A stretch of 63,875 nt of DNA, the filler included, from Trichomonas gallinae (Eukaryota), in the NCBI GenBank assembly GCA_008369845.1. It is 12 parts of 12 records of this genome, joined end to end, with 100 filler letters (N's around TTAATTAATTAA, not from the genome) between each part and the next. Parts side by side here need not be neighbours in the genome. Positions count along the whole stretch, not along the records: positions 1 to 9,996 come from MRSU01001284.1; positions 10,097 to 26,242 come from MRSU01001287.1; 10 more parts are not named here. One strand, written 5' to 3'. The position numbers were made by a program, and so were the translations under genes. The notes beneath the pieces are model-generated. The model had not been told where the DNA came from. It saw only the letters and a list, made by a program, of their open reading frames with translations, and did not search any database. Shown here piece by piece: positions 1-10,655 of the stretch; the first letter of the stretch is position 1, and every line of letters starts with the position of its first letter.

Positions 1-326
1 AAATCACACATATCAACAATTCTAATTATCACAAAATTAGTTTGAAATTCGCAAAAAATCGAGTTGAATCACTTCTGATTTTATTTGGAGTCGAATAATA
101 TTTTCAATTCAAAATTTTTTTTTCATTCAATTATTTCATTGAATTTTTTTTTCATTGCAATTAGGAATTGCCATGCTCCTAATTTTTCGAATTTTATCTA
201 ATTCATTATTGTACTTTTTAGGTATTTTTTACTTAAGGATGGAGTAAATCCATATAGAGAATCATACATTGTATCGCTAAATATTTATTTAAAATTAACA
301 ATAAAGTAAAAAGCAAATTTTGATAA

Positions 327-1571
327 TTACCAATGAAATTTTATATTTTCTGGTATTTGACTTGAATTAAGGAACCCACCCATTAACAAGCATTGTCCAA
401 TAAGTTTGAGATTGTAAGTTATATTGATAGTATTCAATACATGCTCTTTGAATAAGATATAATCTCTACCCAAAACCTGGAATTTCTGTGTCATTTGGCA
501 AATATTAATAAACGAAAGTAGCCAGCTATCTTTTGGAAATACTTCAACAACACATGTATTAGGTTGCATATACAGAATATTTGTCATAAGAGACCCATGA
601 ACAGCCCATAAAAAGTTCATGCTATTGAAATATTTACATTGTGATTCGAATTCAAAATATGATGTGTAATTTTCGAATTTGATATACGGCCATTGTCTTT
701 TTGTTGCAAAGAAGAATTCATCGAAATTGCCAACAACGCGCGCAAGATGTGGTTTACGATTTGCAAGAACAAATCTTGAAGGTTTGATCCTATCTAAACC
801 AAATTTATCAACAACTATTTCCCTCATATTAAGAATAAGTCTTCTGTTTATATCTCCACACCATATTGATCTAACTGTAATATATGTTTCCGCATAAAGT
901 CTCCCATTCATTTCAGCCCACAGTCTCCAAGGTTCTATATCAAAATGAAGTAGATCGTCAATCATGAAATCGTTAATTTTACTGAAAACAATAATTGAAT
1001 CACGTAAATAAAATTCTGGGAGTGCAATAATAGCAGGAAGCACTTCAACAGACCAATGACCCCAATCATATGAGTGTTGATGACCGATACAAATAACTTT
1101 TTGAAATTTTGTATAATTAAACTCAGGTGTATGGAAAGGAATTCCAATACCCCAGTAGCGTGGATGACATGCACGTTTGAAAACGTAATATCCATCGTCT
1201 TTGATTATAACTGTTTCTGTAGTTAAAAATACATTATGGAATATCATAACTGCGGTTGATTGAACATCATATGTTGGAGGCATAAAGCCACAATTTAGTT
1301 CATTCTTAATAAATAAAGAGCGTTTCCATAGAGGCTGAGAAATATTTTGCAAAATCGGAATAGTAATATTTTCGATTCCATTTGCATCCATATGAATTTG
1401 ACTTGTACAGTTACGCTTACCATAACCAATAATATTATATTTTTCTGGAAAAGAAAAATGAAATGTGATTTCTTCCGAACTTCTGACTGTTGAGTAATGT
1501 ATAACAAGCAGAGTAAGGAGGAGATGGATGTACACAGTTGTTAATTTAATTGAACTACAGTGACTGTTCAT
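327..1571 (-). CDS. Glycosyltransferase family 61-like (DUF563) protein with N-terminal signal anchor
   Basis: Long ORF, first ATG at 1571. Hydrophobic N-terminus; HSYDWGHWSVEVLP and AVHGSLMTNILYMQPNTCVVEVFP resemble GT61 motifs (Y/W-x-H-W and HGAxxxN...P...VIE). Confidence 0.7.
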   Translation of the reverse strand: MNSHCSSIKLTTVYIHLLLTLLVIHYSTVRSSEEITFHFSFPEKYNIIGYGKRNCTSQIHMDANGIENITIPILQNISQPLWKRSLFIKNELNCGFMPPTYDVQSTAVMIFHNVFLTTETVIIKDDGYYVFKRACHPRYWGIGIPFHTPEFNYTKFQKVICIGHQHSYDWGHWSVEVLPAIIALPEFYLRDSIIVFSKINDFMIDDLLHFDIEPWRLWAEMNGRLYAETYITVRSIWCGDINRRLILNMREIVVDKFGLDRIKPSRFVLANRKPHLARVVGNFDEFFFATKRQWPYIKFENYTSYFEFESQCKYFNSMNFLWAVHGSLMTNILYMQPNTCVVEVFPKDSWLLSFINICQMTQKFQVLGRDYILFKEHVLNTINITYNLKLIGQCLLMGGFLNSSQIPENIKFHW

Positions 1572-1597
1572 CAAAAAAAAAAAAAAATTTGACTTCC

Positions 1598-1675
1598 ACT
1601 AAAATTTATTACCCCTAAAACAAATTATTGCCCCCTAAAATATTACCCCCTTATATATTTTATCACCCCCTAAAT
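1598..1675. promoter_or_regulatory. Cluster of CCCCT(AAA) motifs in a short divergent intergenic region
   Basis: ttacccctaaaa, ttgccccctaaaa, ttacccccttata and tcaccccctaaat lie within the 146 bp between ATGs at 1571(-) and 1718(+); AAAGTGAC at 1703-1710. Confidence 0.4.
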
Positions 1676-1717
1676 TTATCTGGTTCATTATGTCAATATT
1701 CAAAAGTGACATTTTCA

Positions 1718-2863
1718 ATGGAAGTAATTTTTTCGTATAATCGCAAATCTCATGCAATCATCGTTGACAAGAGCACTCTGCTCTCCCAGATGTTTGAAAT
1801 GATCAAAGAACCACTTGGATTAGATAGGCCAATGGAAAATTATTTTATTATTGGCCAAAATCAAGTATTTGGTGCAGAGAAATTAAACTTAATGACAAGT
1901 CCAGATAACTTACATGATAACCCAGATCTTTCCTTGAGTATTGTTACAATTGAAGAAAAACAAATTATGGATACTTTCGCACAAAAATGCTTGGCTTCAA
2001 TGACAATTGACATTGCTATGATGCCAGTAAATGAGACGGTTATTTTGTCTAAAATAAATCTTTTGAGACATTTGGCCAAATGCTCATATGACGAAAACGA
2101 CTTGCTCGCATTAATGGAATTGATTCCATCCGATAAATTTACATCTGTTACAGGAATTCAGCTTTTCGAAGCTGTTCTTAAATGGTTTAACGAAGAATTT
2201 ATGCAATACATGCAAAAGCCAGTTTGCCATTGCTGCCAGAGTGAAATAGAACGAATTACTTCTGGTTACGTTTCATTCGAGGAAGCTGAAGAAGGCGCCA
2301 TCACCACTTGGAGATATCGTTGCTCAAATTGCGGCGCTTGCACTAGATATCCAAGATATTCAAAGGTTTCTACACTTGTTGAAACTCGTGTCGGTCAATC
2401 CATGGAATACTCAGTCTTATTCGCTGCTATTTTGAATTCATTTGGAGTTCCAACTAGAATTGTTTGCAACATGAATTACGATAGATTCTGGGTTGAAGCA
2501 TTCAATGTAGATCAACAAATATTCGTACATATTGATCCTGTTGAAGGAATTGTTGATGCTCCATTAATTTATGAACAGTGGGGTAGAACAATTAATTGGG
2601 TCATCGCTGCAAGCCAATACGGTATCACAGATGTTACACCAAGATATACAAAAGATGTTGACAAAATATTCGCAAATTGTGAGAAATTGATCAACGAGGA
2701 TGAATTCCAGAAACTGATACAGCTTGCCGATTCTATCTCAAAGAATGGTGTAGAGAGTGATCTAATCCAAGAAGATTCTAATAGAATGTTGAATGATGTT
2801 TTGTCCAGCGAAAGAGAACCAACTGAGGTCGAAAAACAGCCACAGAAGGTTGGTAATGAATAA
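1718..2863 (+). CDS. PNG1: Peptide:N-glycanase (Png1/NGLY1)-like transglutaminase-fold protein, probably catalytically inactive, with a possible N-terminal ubiquitin-like domain
   Basis: WFNEEFMQY..PVCHCC and YRCSNCG..TRYPRY Zn motifs; ETRVGQSMEY, DRFWVE, HIDPVE and DVTPRY align with the PNGase core. First ATG at 1718. Confidence 0.85.
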   Translation: MEVIFSYNRKSHAIIVDKSTLLSQMFEMIKEPLGLDRPMENYFIIGQNQVFGAEKLNLMTSPDNLHDNPDLSLSIVTIEEKQIMDTFAQKCLASMTIDIAMMPVNETVILSKINLLRHLAKCSYDENDLLALMELIPSDKFTSVTGIQLFEAVLKWFNEEFMQYMQKPVCHCCQSEIERITSGYVSFEEAEEGAITTWRYRCSNCGACTRYPRYSKVSTLVETRVGQSMEYSVLFAAILNSFGVPTRIVCNMNYDRFWVEAFNVDQQIFVHIDPVEGIVDAPLIYEQWGRTINWVIAASQYGITDVTPRYTKDVDKIFANCEKLINEDEFQKLIQLADSISKNGVESDLIQEDSNRMLNDVLSSEREPTEVEKQPQKVGNE

Positions 2864-3043
2864 AAAAATATTATTTTTGAATCTTTCCATTTTTAACAAT
2901 ATTTTTAGTTTACATGTCAAAAATATTTTCAATCCAAATCAAGACGAAAAACAGTCACAATAGCTTGCAAATAATAGAATCACATTATTAACTTAATGAT
3001 TTTCTATATCTTGAAGATTAAATGTTATTTTTTTTTATATTTA

Positions 3044-4021
3044 TTAAAACCATCTGAACATTGCGAGAGCTTCTTGATAAACAGCGATAACCTTATCATG
3101 GAATGCCTTATCTCTATTTGTGAAAATGCATCCAAATTTCGTTCCTTCAACACGAGCATTGTTTCTGTAAGCGAGCGGTTTTCCATCACCAGTTGTAGCA
3201 AAACCACCGGCCTCACGGATAAGCAATTCGAATGGTGCAATATCCCAGATGTGCTCTTCACTGTTACCCCATGGGACTCTGATATATACTGTCGCACCAC
3301 CAGAAGCTATTACGAATCCTTTCGTCATTGAAACCATTGTAATATCGTCTTTAATTTCTAATTGACTCTTTATATACTCCGTCATTTGAATTATATTACC
3401 AACTTTCTGCTTAGTATAAATCATTCGATTAATTGGATTAACAGGTTTCGATAATTTAACCCAATGGCCTTTGAGATCTAACGCGTAAGCACCAAAACCT
3501 TCAGAAGAAACGAAAATTGCTGGACCTTCAAGTTGTGTTAAACCTGTTGCATTTGCTTCGTGGCGTGGCCAAGCAACAGCTGAACAAACAACATGACGAT
3601 TAACAAGGAGAGCCATAGCAATGGCGTAGTTGCCGCCATTGACGAATCCATAAGTACCGTCGATTGGATCTATGACCCAGCAGCGTTCATCCTTGTCAGA
3701 AATCGTGGTAACAGCCGGAGCACATGCTGCAACTGGATCAAAATCAGTAGGAAGTAAAGATTTAACGTGTTTGAGAAAATCATCATCGAGTTTTCCGATT
3801 TCCTCTTCGCCGAGAACGGAATCTGTTGGGAAATGTTGCTTGATGCCAGACATAATAAGAGATTGACATGCAAAATCGACAATTGAAACAACTGTTCCAT
3901 CACCTTTTAATTCGACTTCTGATTTCTTAAGTTTTTCTTGTCCGACAAGAGAAACATCAATGGCCGGCTTGAGGATTTCTATAGCAGCATTAACTTCATT
4001 AGACCATGTACCAAAATCCAT
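3044..4021 (-). CDS. 3'(2'),5'-bisphosphate nucleotidase / inositol monophosphatase family (HAL2/SAL1-like)
   Basis: Metal-binding motifs K.D...V..VD, GEE, WVIDPIDGT.GF and EHIWDIA. Confidence 0.9.
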   Translation of the reverse strand: MDFGTWSNEVNAAIEILKPAIDVSLVGQEKLKKSEVELKGDGTVVSIVDFACQSLIMSGIKQHFPTDSVLGEEEIGKLDDDFLKHVKSLLPTDFDPVAACAPAVTTISDKDERCWVIDPIDGTYGFVNGGNYAIAMALLVNRHVVCSAVAWPRHEANATGLTQLEGPAIFVSSEGFGAYALDLKGHWVKLSKPVNPINRMIYTKQKVGNIIQMTEYIKSQLEIKDDITMVSMTKGFVIASGGATVYIRVPWGNSEEHIWDIAPFELLIREAGGFATTGDGKPLAYRNNARVEGTKFGCIFTNRDKAFHDKVIAVYQEALAMFRWF

Positions 4022-4377
4022 CGCGATTAAAAATTTTACATGGCAAAATTTTTCTTTTTTGTCACTTCATGATTTCTAGATTATCTAAATAACATCTGGT
4101 ATAGCATGCACTAAGTAACAATAATCCATATCTCCATTGAGAGATGCCATTTTAGTTCATCCCATGCCCAAATTTGATTAAAACAAGATATATTGATAAA
4201 AAACATTAGATATTTTAAATATAGCATCATCTATTGATTTATATAATATTATCAAGATGCTGCATTATCTTTTAGCTTTCTCCATAATAACAGTCTTGAT
4301 AATAAATTTACATGTCAATTTTGGATTTATTCAAAACTTTATTTGACAAATTAGAGCTTTACATTACAGTTTTTTAA

Positions 4378-5013
4378 ATGTCAACATTTCAAACTGAATC
4401 ATTAACAAGAATGCAAATTGTTCCAGGAAGAATATTAAATTTTCTCGTTCTTGGTACAGAGAGCTCAGAATCTAGTGCATTTATTAGCTCATTCCTTTCA
4501 ACCATACCTGATGCACAATTATCAGAGATTCCTCCAGCGATGTCGATGACAACTGTTGCTGTACAATGGGGAAATGAGGTTCTTTGCGTCAATTTAACAA
4601 GAATATCATCAAAAGCAAGACTTGCATCTTCTTCAACTTTCGCGTACGAAAGAGCCGACGGTGTAATATTTATCACCTCATCACCAACAATCGATAATGT
4701 ACAAATATTGACGCGATGGAGAAAAGAAATCAATACAAGAATATCATCTTCTGGAATTCCTGCAATCTTTGTTATTCAGAGAGCAGAAAACCAACGAATG
4801 CAAGAAAAGGCCGCATCTACAACCAATATTAAAGAAAGAGGATTTAAAGATGTAATTCAAATTCTTACAGGTGATAGCGAGCACTCACAGAGTGTTGTTA
4901 AACACTTAATTTGGCATGTTATGAATAATGAACCTAAACAATTGACATCATCATATGGCGCACTTCTTGCCGCTGCTTCTCGAGGTGCTGCTAATTTTGG
5001 AAATTTGTTTTAA
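4378..5013 (+). CDS. Degenerate Rab-like small GTPase-fold protein
   Basis: Rab topology is recognisable (LNFLVLG..., AYERADGVIFI, RWRKEI, IPAIFVI), but G1, G3 and G4 are not canonical. Confidence 0.6.
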   Translation: MSTFQTESLTRMQIVPGRILNFLVLGTESSESSAFISSFLSTIPDAQLSEIPPAMSMTTVAVQWGNEVLCVNLTRISSKARLASSSTFAYERADGVIFITSSPTIDNVQILTRWRKEINTRISSSGIPAIFVIQRAENQRMQEKAASTTNIKERGFKDVIQILTGDSEHSQSVVKHLIWHVMNNEPKQLTSSYGALLAAASRGAANFGNLF

Positions 5014-5529
5014 CTAATTTCGCTTGTTTATATTATGTTTTTGTTATATATAAAGTCTATCTCATTATATAACTATCTATTCAAAATAATATTGCTAAAC
5101 ATTTATTGATTTTAAACGAGCAAACGGAAAGATGTTCAATATAATATTAACCATTTATTATCTGTCAATTTTGAAAAAAAAAAGATAAAAATTCGAGATT
5201 AAATATGAATTGAAGAATGTTTTATGCTTCAAGATTGGGTAGACATGAAGTTGTCAAACCCCTTCTCACATTTCCTCGAGTAGATGCTAAAATCAATTGA
5301 ATTTTTAATATATATCAAAGATAATAGCAAAAGATATTTAATTTATCACATGCATGAATACAGCATATGAAATATTTCTTCCATATCATAGCGTGAATGA
5401 TTCTTGACTAGAAAACAAACAAAATTATATTTTTTGACACGTAATCAAACAAAAATATTTACACGACAAAAATTTCTCTAAATAAAAATTTTGTCACTTT
5501 TTTATTTCCGTTTTTTTGATTTTCTATCA

Positions 5530-8500
5530 ATGAGCTCAAGGAGAAGCAGCCTTGGTAGGAACCAAAAACCGAAGCCACAGATACCAGTTTTAGTTAAGCG
5601 AACGAATGAAATCATCAAAGCTACAGAAGTCGAAAACCACGACATGGTTGTTCCAACTAATGAGCGACCGATCTCCGTGGCATCAAATTCTAGCATGAAA
5701 GTGAAACCACACTTCATGAAGGCTGTTTTGCCATCTATTTCAGGGTCTCTTAACACAAGAAATCAACAACAAACAGCAAATCCTCTAGAAACACTTAGAA
5801 TTCAAAATCTTAAAGACTTTGATCAAGCTATAGACGACTTTTTGAATCTAGCAATGTCTTCTCCTTTATACCAATCGATCGAGACGTTCTTTAATCAATT
5901 TTTCCACGGAAATTCGTGCTTTTGGGAAGATATCAACAACATGCAAACAATGTACTCTATGTCACTCAAAAAGACATGTAAGAGGGACAGAGGCATCCCA
6001 GGCGCAACATTCATCGGCAGACAAATGATTAAATCTGAAAGAGCCGGAAGTCATCCAGCTTTCGACTCAACAATCGATGGACTGCTCGGTCCAGATGATA
6101 ATTGCTTGATTTCTTTTCCTATTTGGAGTTATCGAAATTCAATTATTGGAATTGTCGAAATTTCGCGTCCAGAAGAAGCTTTTACTGATGTTGATGAAGC
6201 CTTTGTGATGCATTTCACGCAAAAAATGAAATTATTTAGCAAATGGATGCTTCAAACTCAACCAAATGATCAAGTCATATTCGATATCATTCAGTTACTC
6301 AGCATTGAGCAGTTTGCTGCTGTGTTTAGATCAAAACTCACGCAACTTTTTAATTGCAGAACATGCGAAGTATGGAGCTATCATAAAGACACAAATGAAA
6401 TACAGATGATATCAGAAGTCTTAGACAAGTTCCAGGCGCCAAAAGGAGGCATTGTTTCAGACGCTTTGCTAAATCACAGAGTTATCAACTGCCAGCTCAA
6501 TAAATTGCATAGTTGCTATACAATGGAATTCGATTCCAAAAATGATGAAGCCATTCTCGTGGTTCCAGTCGTTCAATCTCAAGTTAACGTAGATTATGCT
6601 ATCGCATTACGCGGACCAAAGTCGAATCCGATATTCACACGCTACGATGAAGATCTTCTCAAGATGATTGCTCCATATATCGCACTGGCTTTCTCTAATT
6701 CCTTACTTCATTCAGAATTTTTCAACGATTTCCAAAAATCGAAATTCGAGCAAGATGGACTCGCCGCATTATTAGAGGTAGCCGAGGTTTTATCATCCCA
6801 GCTCGACATAGACAAATTAACAGAGACAATCATGGAGAAAGGCAGAACTTTGACTAATGCCGACAGATGCTCGTTATTCTTGATCAACGAGACCGGCGAA
6901 AGACTGATAACCAGCTACCAGGCAGGCATAGACACAGCCATAGACATTCCAATAAGAAGAGGAGCAGCAGGCTTAGCAGTCAAAGAGAACAGAGTTGTCA
7001 ACATCGCCGATGCATATCAAGATCCTAATTTCGACAGATCCACAGATATCGAGTCCGGCTACCACACGACAACGCTTCTCTGCGTGCCAATCATGAACCA
7101 GAAGGGTGAGGTCATAGGCGTCACGGAGATGGTTAACAAACTCGATGGAAAGCCTTTCTCGGAGTGGGACGCGAAGGTTATACAGATCTTCAATGTTTTC
7201 TGCGGAATTTCGATACAAAACGCTAAACTCTACAAAGAATCAGTGGACATGGAGCAGCAACTGCAGTCATTCTTCGATGTCTCTGTCGCTCTAACGAAGT
7301 CGGAAGACATGAAAGAAGTTCTGAAGCATATCATGGGCAGGGCGAGAGATGCTGCCAACTGTGAGCGCGCGTCAATTTTCTTGTTCGATCCAGCGAACGA
7401 TTGCCTCAAAGTGTTCCTGGCCGACGGGCAAAACGTGCCAGACACACTGCCGATGAATACAGGCATTGCAGCGCAGTGCGTTAAACTGCGTAGGCCGATT
7501 GTCGCGAACGATGTTTATCACGATCCGAGATTCAACAGACAAGTCGACACTTTGAGCGGTTTCAAGACGAATAACTTAGTCGTCGTCCCTCTTTTGACGA
7601 CGGATGGAATTCTTGGAGTCGTGGAGATGTGCAACAAGAAGGATGGAGACTTCACTGACGAAGACTCAAAGCTCGTCCAGTCTTTCGCAACATTCGTAGA
7701 AATGACTCTCGAAAAATCACAGCTCAAAGACATCGCGAACTTAGGAGCCACGGAAATCGAAATGCTCAAGTGGATCGGCGAAAGCGAGCGCGACTCATGC
7801 ACGGAGATACCTCTCAGATTGCGCCTGAAAGAAGAACAAATCACTGTCTTAAAGCAGCTGAATTTCATGGCGTTGGACTGGGATCCTATGGATAGAGTTA
7901 AGTCTATTATTTATCAGTTTTATTCGTTCGGAATTCCACAAGAATTCCATATATCTAACCAGATGCTGTTCAGATTCGTCTGGGAAGTTATGAGAACATA
8001 TCACACAACACCGTACCACAACTGGATACACGCTGTAGATGTCGTCCAGTATGTTTCGTACGAGTTAAGATTAGGCGAACTTGACAAAATTTTCACAAAA
8101 TTCGAAATTTTCGCGATGCTTGTTGCAGCTGTTTGCCATGACGCAGGACACTCTGGCTTCAACAACATCTACAATGTTAAAGCAGAGACACCACTCGGCA
8201 TTTTGTTCAAAGATACATCAGTTATGGAAACTTATCACTGCACAGTCGCGATTTCTATATTGACGAGGAAAGAATGCAACTTGTTCCAATCTATAACAGA
8301 AGAAGCTCAAAAGCAGATGTGGAATTTAATTGTTAAGCTCATCTTAGCAACAGATATGGCCTTCCACTTCAAGATGGTCAAGGCAGCAACAGAGTTTATG
8401 GACGCTGGCCCATTTAATCCTAATGACCCAGAGCAGAGATTAATTGCATTCCAGCTCATATTGAAGACCGCCGACATTTCCAACGTTTCAAGGCCATTCA

Positions 8501-8778
8501 AAGTCGCTGACAAGTGGTGCGATGTTCTCTGCGAGGAGTTCTTCAGGCAGGGAGACAAAGAGAAGGCGCAGGCTTTCGGCCTCACTTCTCCTTTGAATGA
8601 TAGAAGTAATCCAGACAAACCGAAGTCGCAAATCGGTTTCTACAACTTCGTTTGCATTCCTCTTTATTCTGTTATAGCGAGGATCTTCCCGCAATTCGAA
8701 GTTAACTTGAATTCAGTTAAATCTAACTTAGAAGTCTGGAAATCACTTTCAAATCCACAGCCACAGCCACCTAAGTAA
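5530..8778 (+). CDS. Class I 3',5'-cyclic nucleotide phosphodiesterase with tandem GAF domains
   Basis: GAF signatures (ADRCSLFL...NIADAYQDPNF...GYHTTTLLCVP...VNKLDG.PF..D; up to four GAF-like repeats). PDE catalytic motifs YHNWIHAVDV, HDAGHSG, ILATD, ADISN, EEFFRQGD, QIGF. ATG at 5530. Confidence 0.95.
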   Translation: MSSRRSSLGRNQKPKPQIPVLVKRTNEIIKATEVENHDMVVPTNERPISVASNSSMKVKPHFMKAVLPSISGSLNTRNQQQTANPLETLRIQNLKDFDQAIDDFLNLAMSSPLYQSIETFFNQFFHGNSCFWEDINNMQTMYSMSLKKTCKRDRGIPGATFIGRQMIKSERAGSHPAFDSTIDGLLGPDDNCLISFPIWSYRNSIIGIVEISRPEEAFTDVDEAFVMHFTQKMKLFSKWMLQTQPNDQVIFDIIQLLSIEQFAAVFRSKLTQLFNCRTCEVWSYHKDTNEIQMISEVLDKFQAPKGGIVSDALLNHRVINCQLNKLHSCYTMEFDSKNDEAILVVPVVQSQVNVDYAIALRGPKSNPIFTRYDEDLLKMIAPYIALAFSNSLLHSEFFNDFQKSKFEQDGLAALLEVAEVLSSQLDIDKLTETIMEKGRTLTNADRCSLFLINETGERLITSYQAGIDTAIDIPIRRGAAGLAVKENRVVNIADAYQDPNFDRSTDIESGYHTTTLLCVPIMNQKGEVIGVTEMVNKLDGKPFSEWDAKVIQIFNVFCGISIQNAKLYKESVDMEQQLQSFFDVSVALTKSEDMKEVLKHIMGRARDAANCERASIFLFDPANDCLKVFLADGQNVPDTLPMNTGIAAQCVKLRRPIVANDVYHDPRFNRQVDTLSGFKTNNLVVVPLLTTDGILGVVEMCNKKDGDFTDEDSKLVQSFATFVEMTLEKSQLKDIANLGATEIEMLKWIGESERDSCTEIPLRLRLKEEQITVLKQLNFMALDWDPMDRVKSIIYQFYSFGIPQEFHISNQMLFRFVWEVMRTYHTTPYHNWIHAVDVVQYVSYELRLGELDKIFTKFEIFAMLVAAVCHDAGHSGFNNIYNVKAETPLGILFKDTSVMETYHCTVAISILTRKECNLFQSITEEAQKQMWNLIVKLILATDMAFHFKMVKAATEFMDAGPFNPNDPEQRLIAFQLILKTADISNVSRPFKVADKWCDVLCEEFFRQGDKEKAQAFGLTSPLNDRSNPDKPKSQIGFYNFVCIPLYSVIARIFPQFEVNLNSVKSNLEVWKSLSNPQPQPPK

Positions 8779-9229
8779 TCCAAATAATAAATGTTTGTAA
8801 ATATGATTTTTCCTATAAAAATTCTCAAAATATTTTTTGTATTTAGAAAAAATCAACGATTTTATATCAAATTATATGAAAATTTCACTGACACTAGTTC
8901 TTTAGATCAAATTTAAATAGTAAATTATTAACAAATTTGAATAATTTTTATTGATGATTACAGATTTGATTTTATCAAATTATTAGTCATAAATTATGTG
9001 TGTAATAAACAAGAAATGAATGTTTACTATATATAATATAGCAAATTATTTTATTATTGAAATTCAATTTGCGAGGAATGTGAAACAAACTTGAACTCTT
9101 CATTAAATGCATTAGCATGGTGCAGTATATTATATTATCATAAGTGAAATATTAAAAAAATAAATGGAAACAATTCAATTAAAAAATATTTTGTATAATG
9201 TAGAAACAAACAACAAAATTTAAAATATT

Positions 9230-9652
9230 CTATTGATCTCTTGGAGAAGCAGGACTAGTGGGGTTTGTAGAGCTTCTTCTGAGTGTATCGGCTGTAACGA
9301 TCGGACTAGCATTTCTTGGTGATAATGTAAGACCCGGAATAGATCTTGGCCTCCATATCCTAGCAGATGCATTTGGTCTAATCGGGAATTTAGTGTAATT
9401 TACATATGGTTCTTCATCACAGGCTTGTCTGATTTCAGCGATTACCATCTGAATAGTCCTTTGAGGTATGCTTTTCATGTAATTCGGAGAAATAGCGCGC
9501 ATTCTCGGCGATTTATTTTTAACCGTTTTTCTCGGAGCTCTCGGGGTCTTTATTCTCTTGCCATTCATCATTTCGAATATAGTATTATTGATATTTTCGA
9601 TGTCTTTGTCTACTTCTCGCTCGAATTTGACCCAATGACTTGCATCATTCAT
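9230..9652 (-). CDS. Hypothetical basic, Ser/Pro-rich protein
   Basis: 140-aa ATG ORF in a GC-richer island; no recognisable domain. Confidence 0.6.
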   Translation of the reverse strand: MNDASHWVKFEREVDKDIENINNTIFEMMNGKRIKTPRAPRKTVKNKSPRMRAISPNYMKSIPQRTIQMVIAEIRQACDEEPYVNYTKFPIRPNASARIWRPRSIPGLTLSPRNASPIVTADTLRRSSTNPTSPASPRDQ

Positions 9653-9996
9653 TTCGTTACTATTTGTTTATTTTTAACCTTATTGCAATTACACCTCAGA
9701 AATATTTTTATTACATTATGTATCATTCCAATCCACGAAATATTTTTAATTTTACATTTTGTCAAATATCATATATTTACATTGTCAGATTATTTGTGAT
9801 GTTTACATAGTCATTGAGCAGGAAAAAGTGCGAATTGGGTATTTAACCAGTTTTGTGTTACATGATATAATCTATGATAAAAGTTTCTATTCAATTGAAT
9901 GGCGTCTTTAAGGGTTCGCTACGCGACCAAATAGCGGTCTCAATTTTTCAATGCGGTATTGAAAATTATCGTTTTGCCCAGAAAAATAAACTCACT

Positions 9997-10096
9997 NNNN
10001 NNNNNNNNNNNNNNNNNNNNNNNNNNNNNNNNNNNNNNNNTTAATTAATTAANNNNNNNNNNNNNNNNNNNNNNNNNNNNNNNNNNNNNNNNNNNN
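9997..10096. other. Artificial 100-bp scaffolding linker (N-TTAATTAATTAA-N), first of eleven
   Basis: Same linker at 26243-26342, 34757-34856, 42384-42483, 44206-44305, 45996-46095, 55418-55517, 56941-57040, 58600-58699, 61247-61346 and 62565-62664; the core has stops in all six frames. Confidence 0.98.
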
Positions 10097-10655
10097 AAAA
10101 TATCAATATCTCAGTCTATATTTCAAATTTTATTTATTTGCACAATTTTAGTGTTTTTCTCAAAATTGATTGCCAACCCTATAATTGTTCAATGAAATAT
10201 GCATATAACTTGATTAATTACAGTATGGCGACTATGAAATTTTGATTTTATTTTTGCTTGTTTTCTTCTTCCTTGTTCGAGTCATTACGTGCTCATACCT
10301 CGATTATTATTATCACATGTCAATCCTTTTAGAAATAATGTGTTACCATGTTCATGCAGTCGCAAATTCGTTTTTTGAATCATTAATTCTTTAGATACAA
10401 GATCTGGGGTGTTTTAAAAGCGAGAATCAGATTAGGCATGTTAATCCATGTTCAAAACTCGCTAGGGAGCTACAAATTAAACGATTCCAAATTATTTTGA
10501 AAAATCTTCATAGTTTTAAATTTTCAGGACACAATTATTCAAAGAATACAAATATCTATTCAATATTTGAATCACAAAGATTTAGATTGCAATTAATTAA
10601 ATTTCAAAAATATTTTCAAATTGTTAATAGAAAATAGCATAAATAACACGATAAC

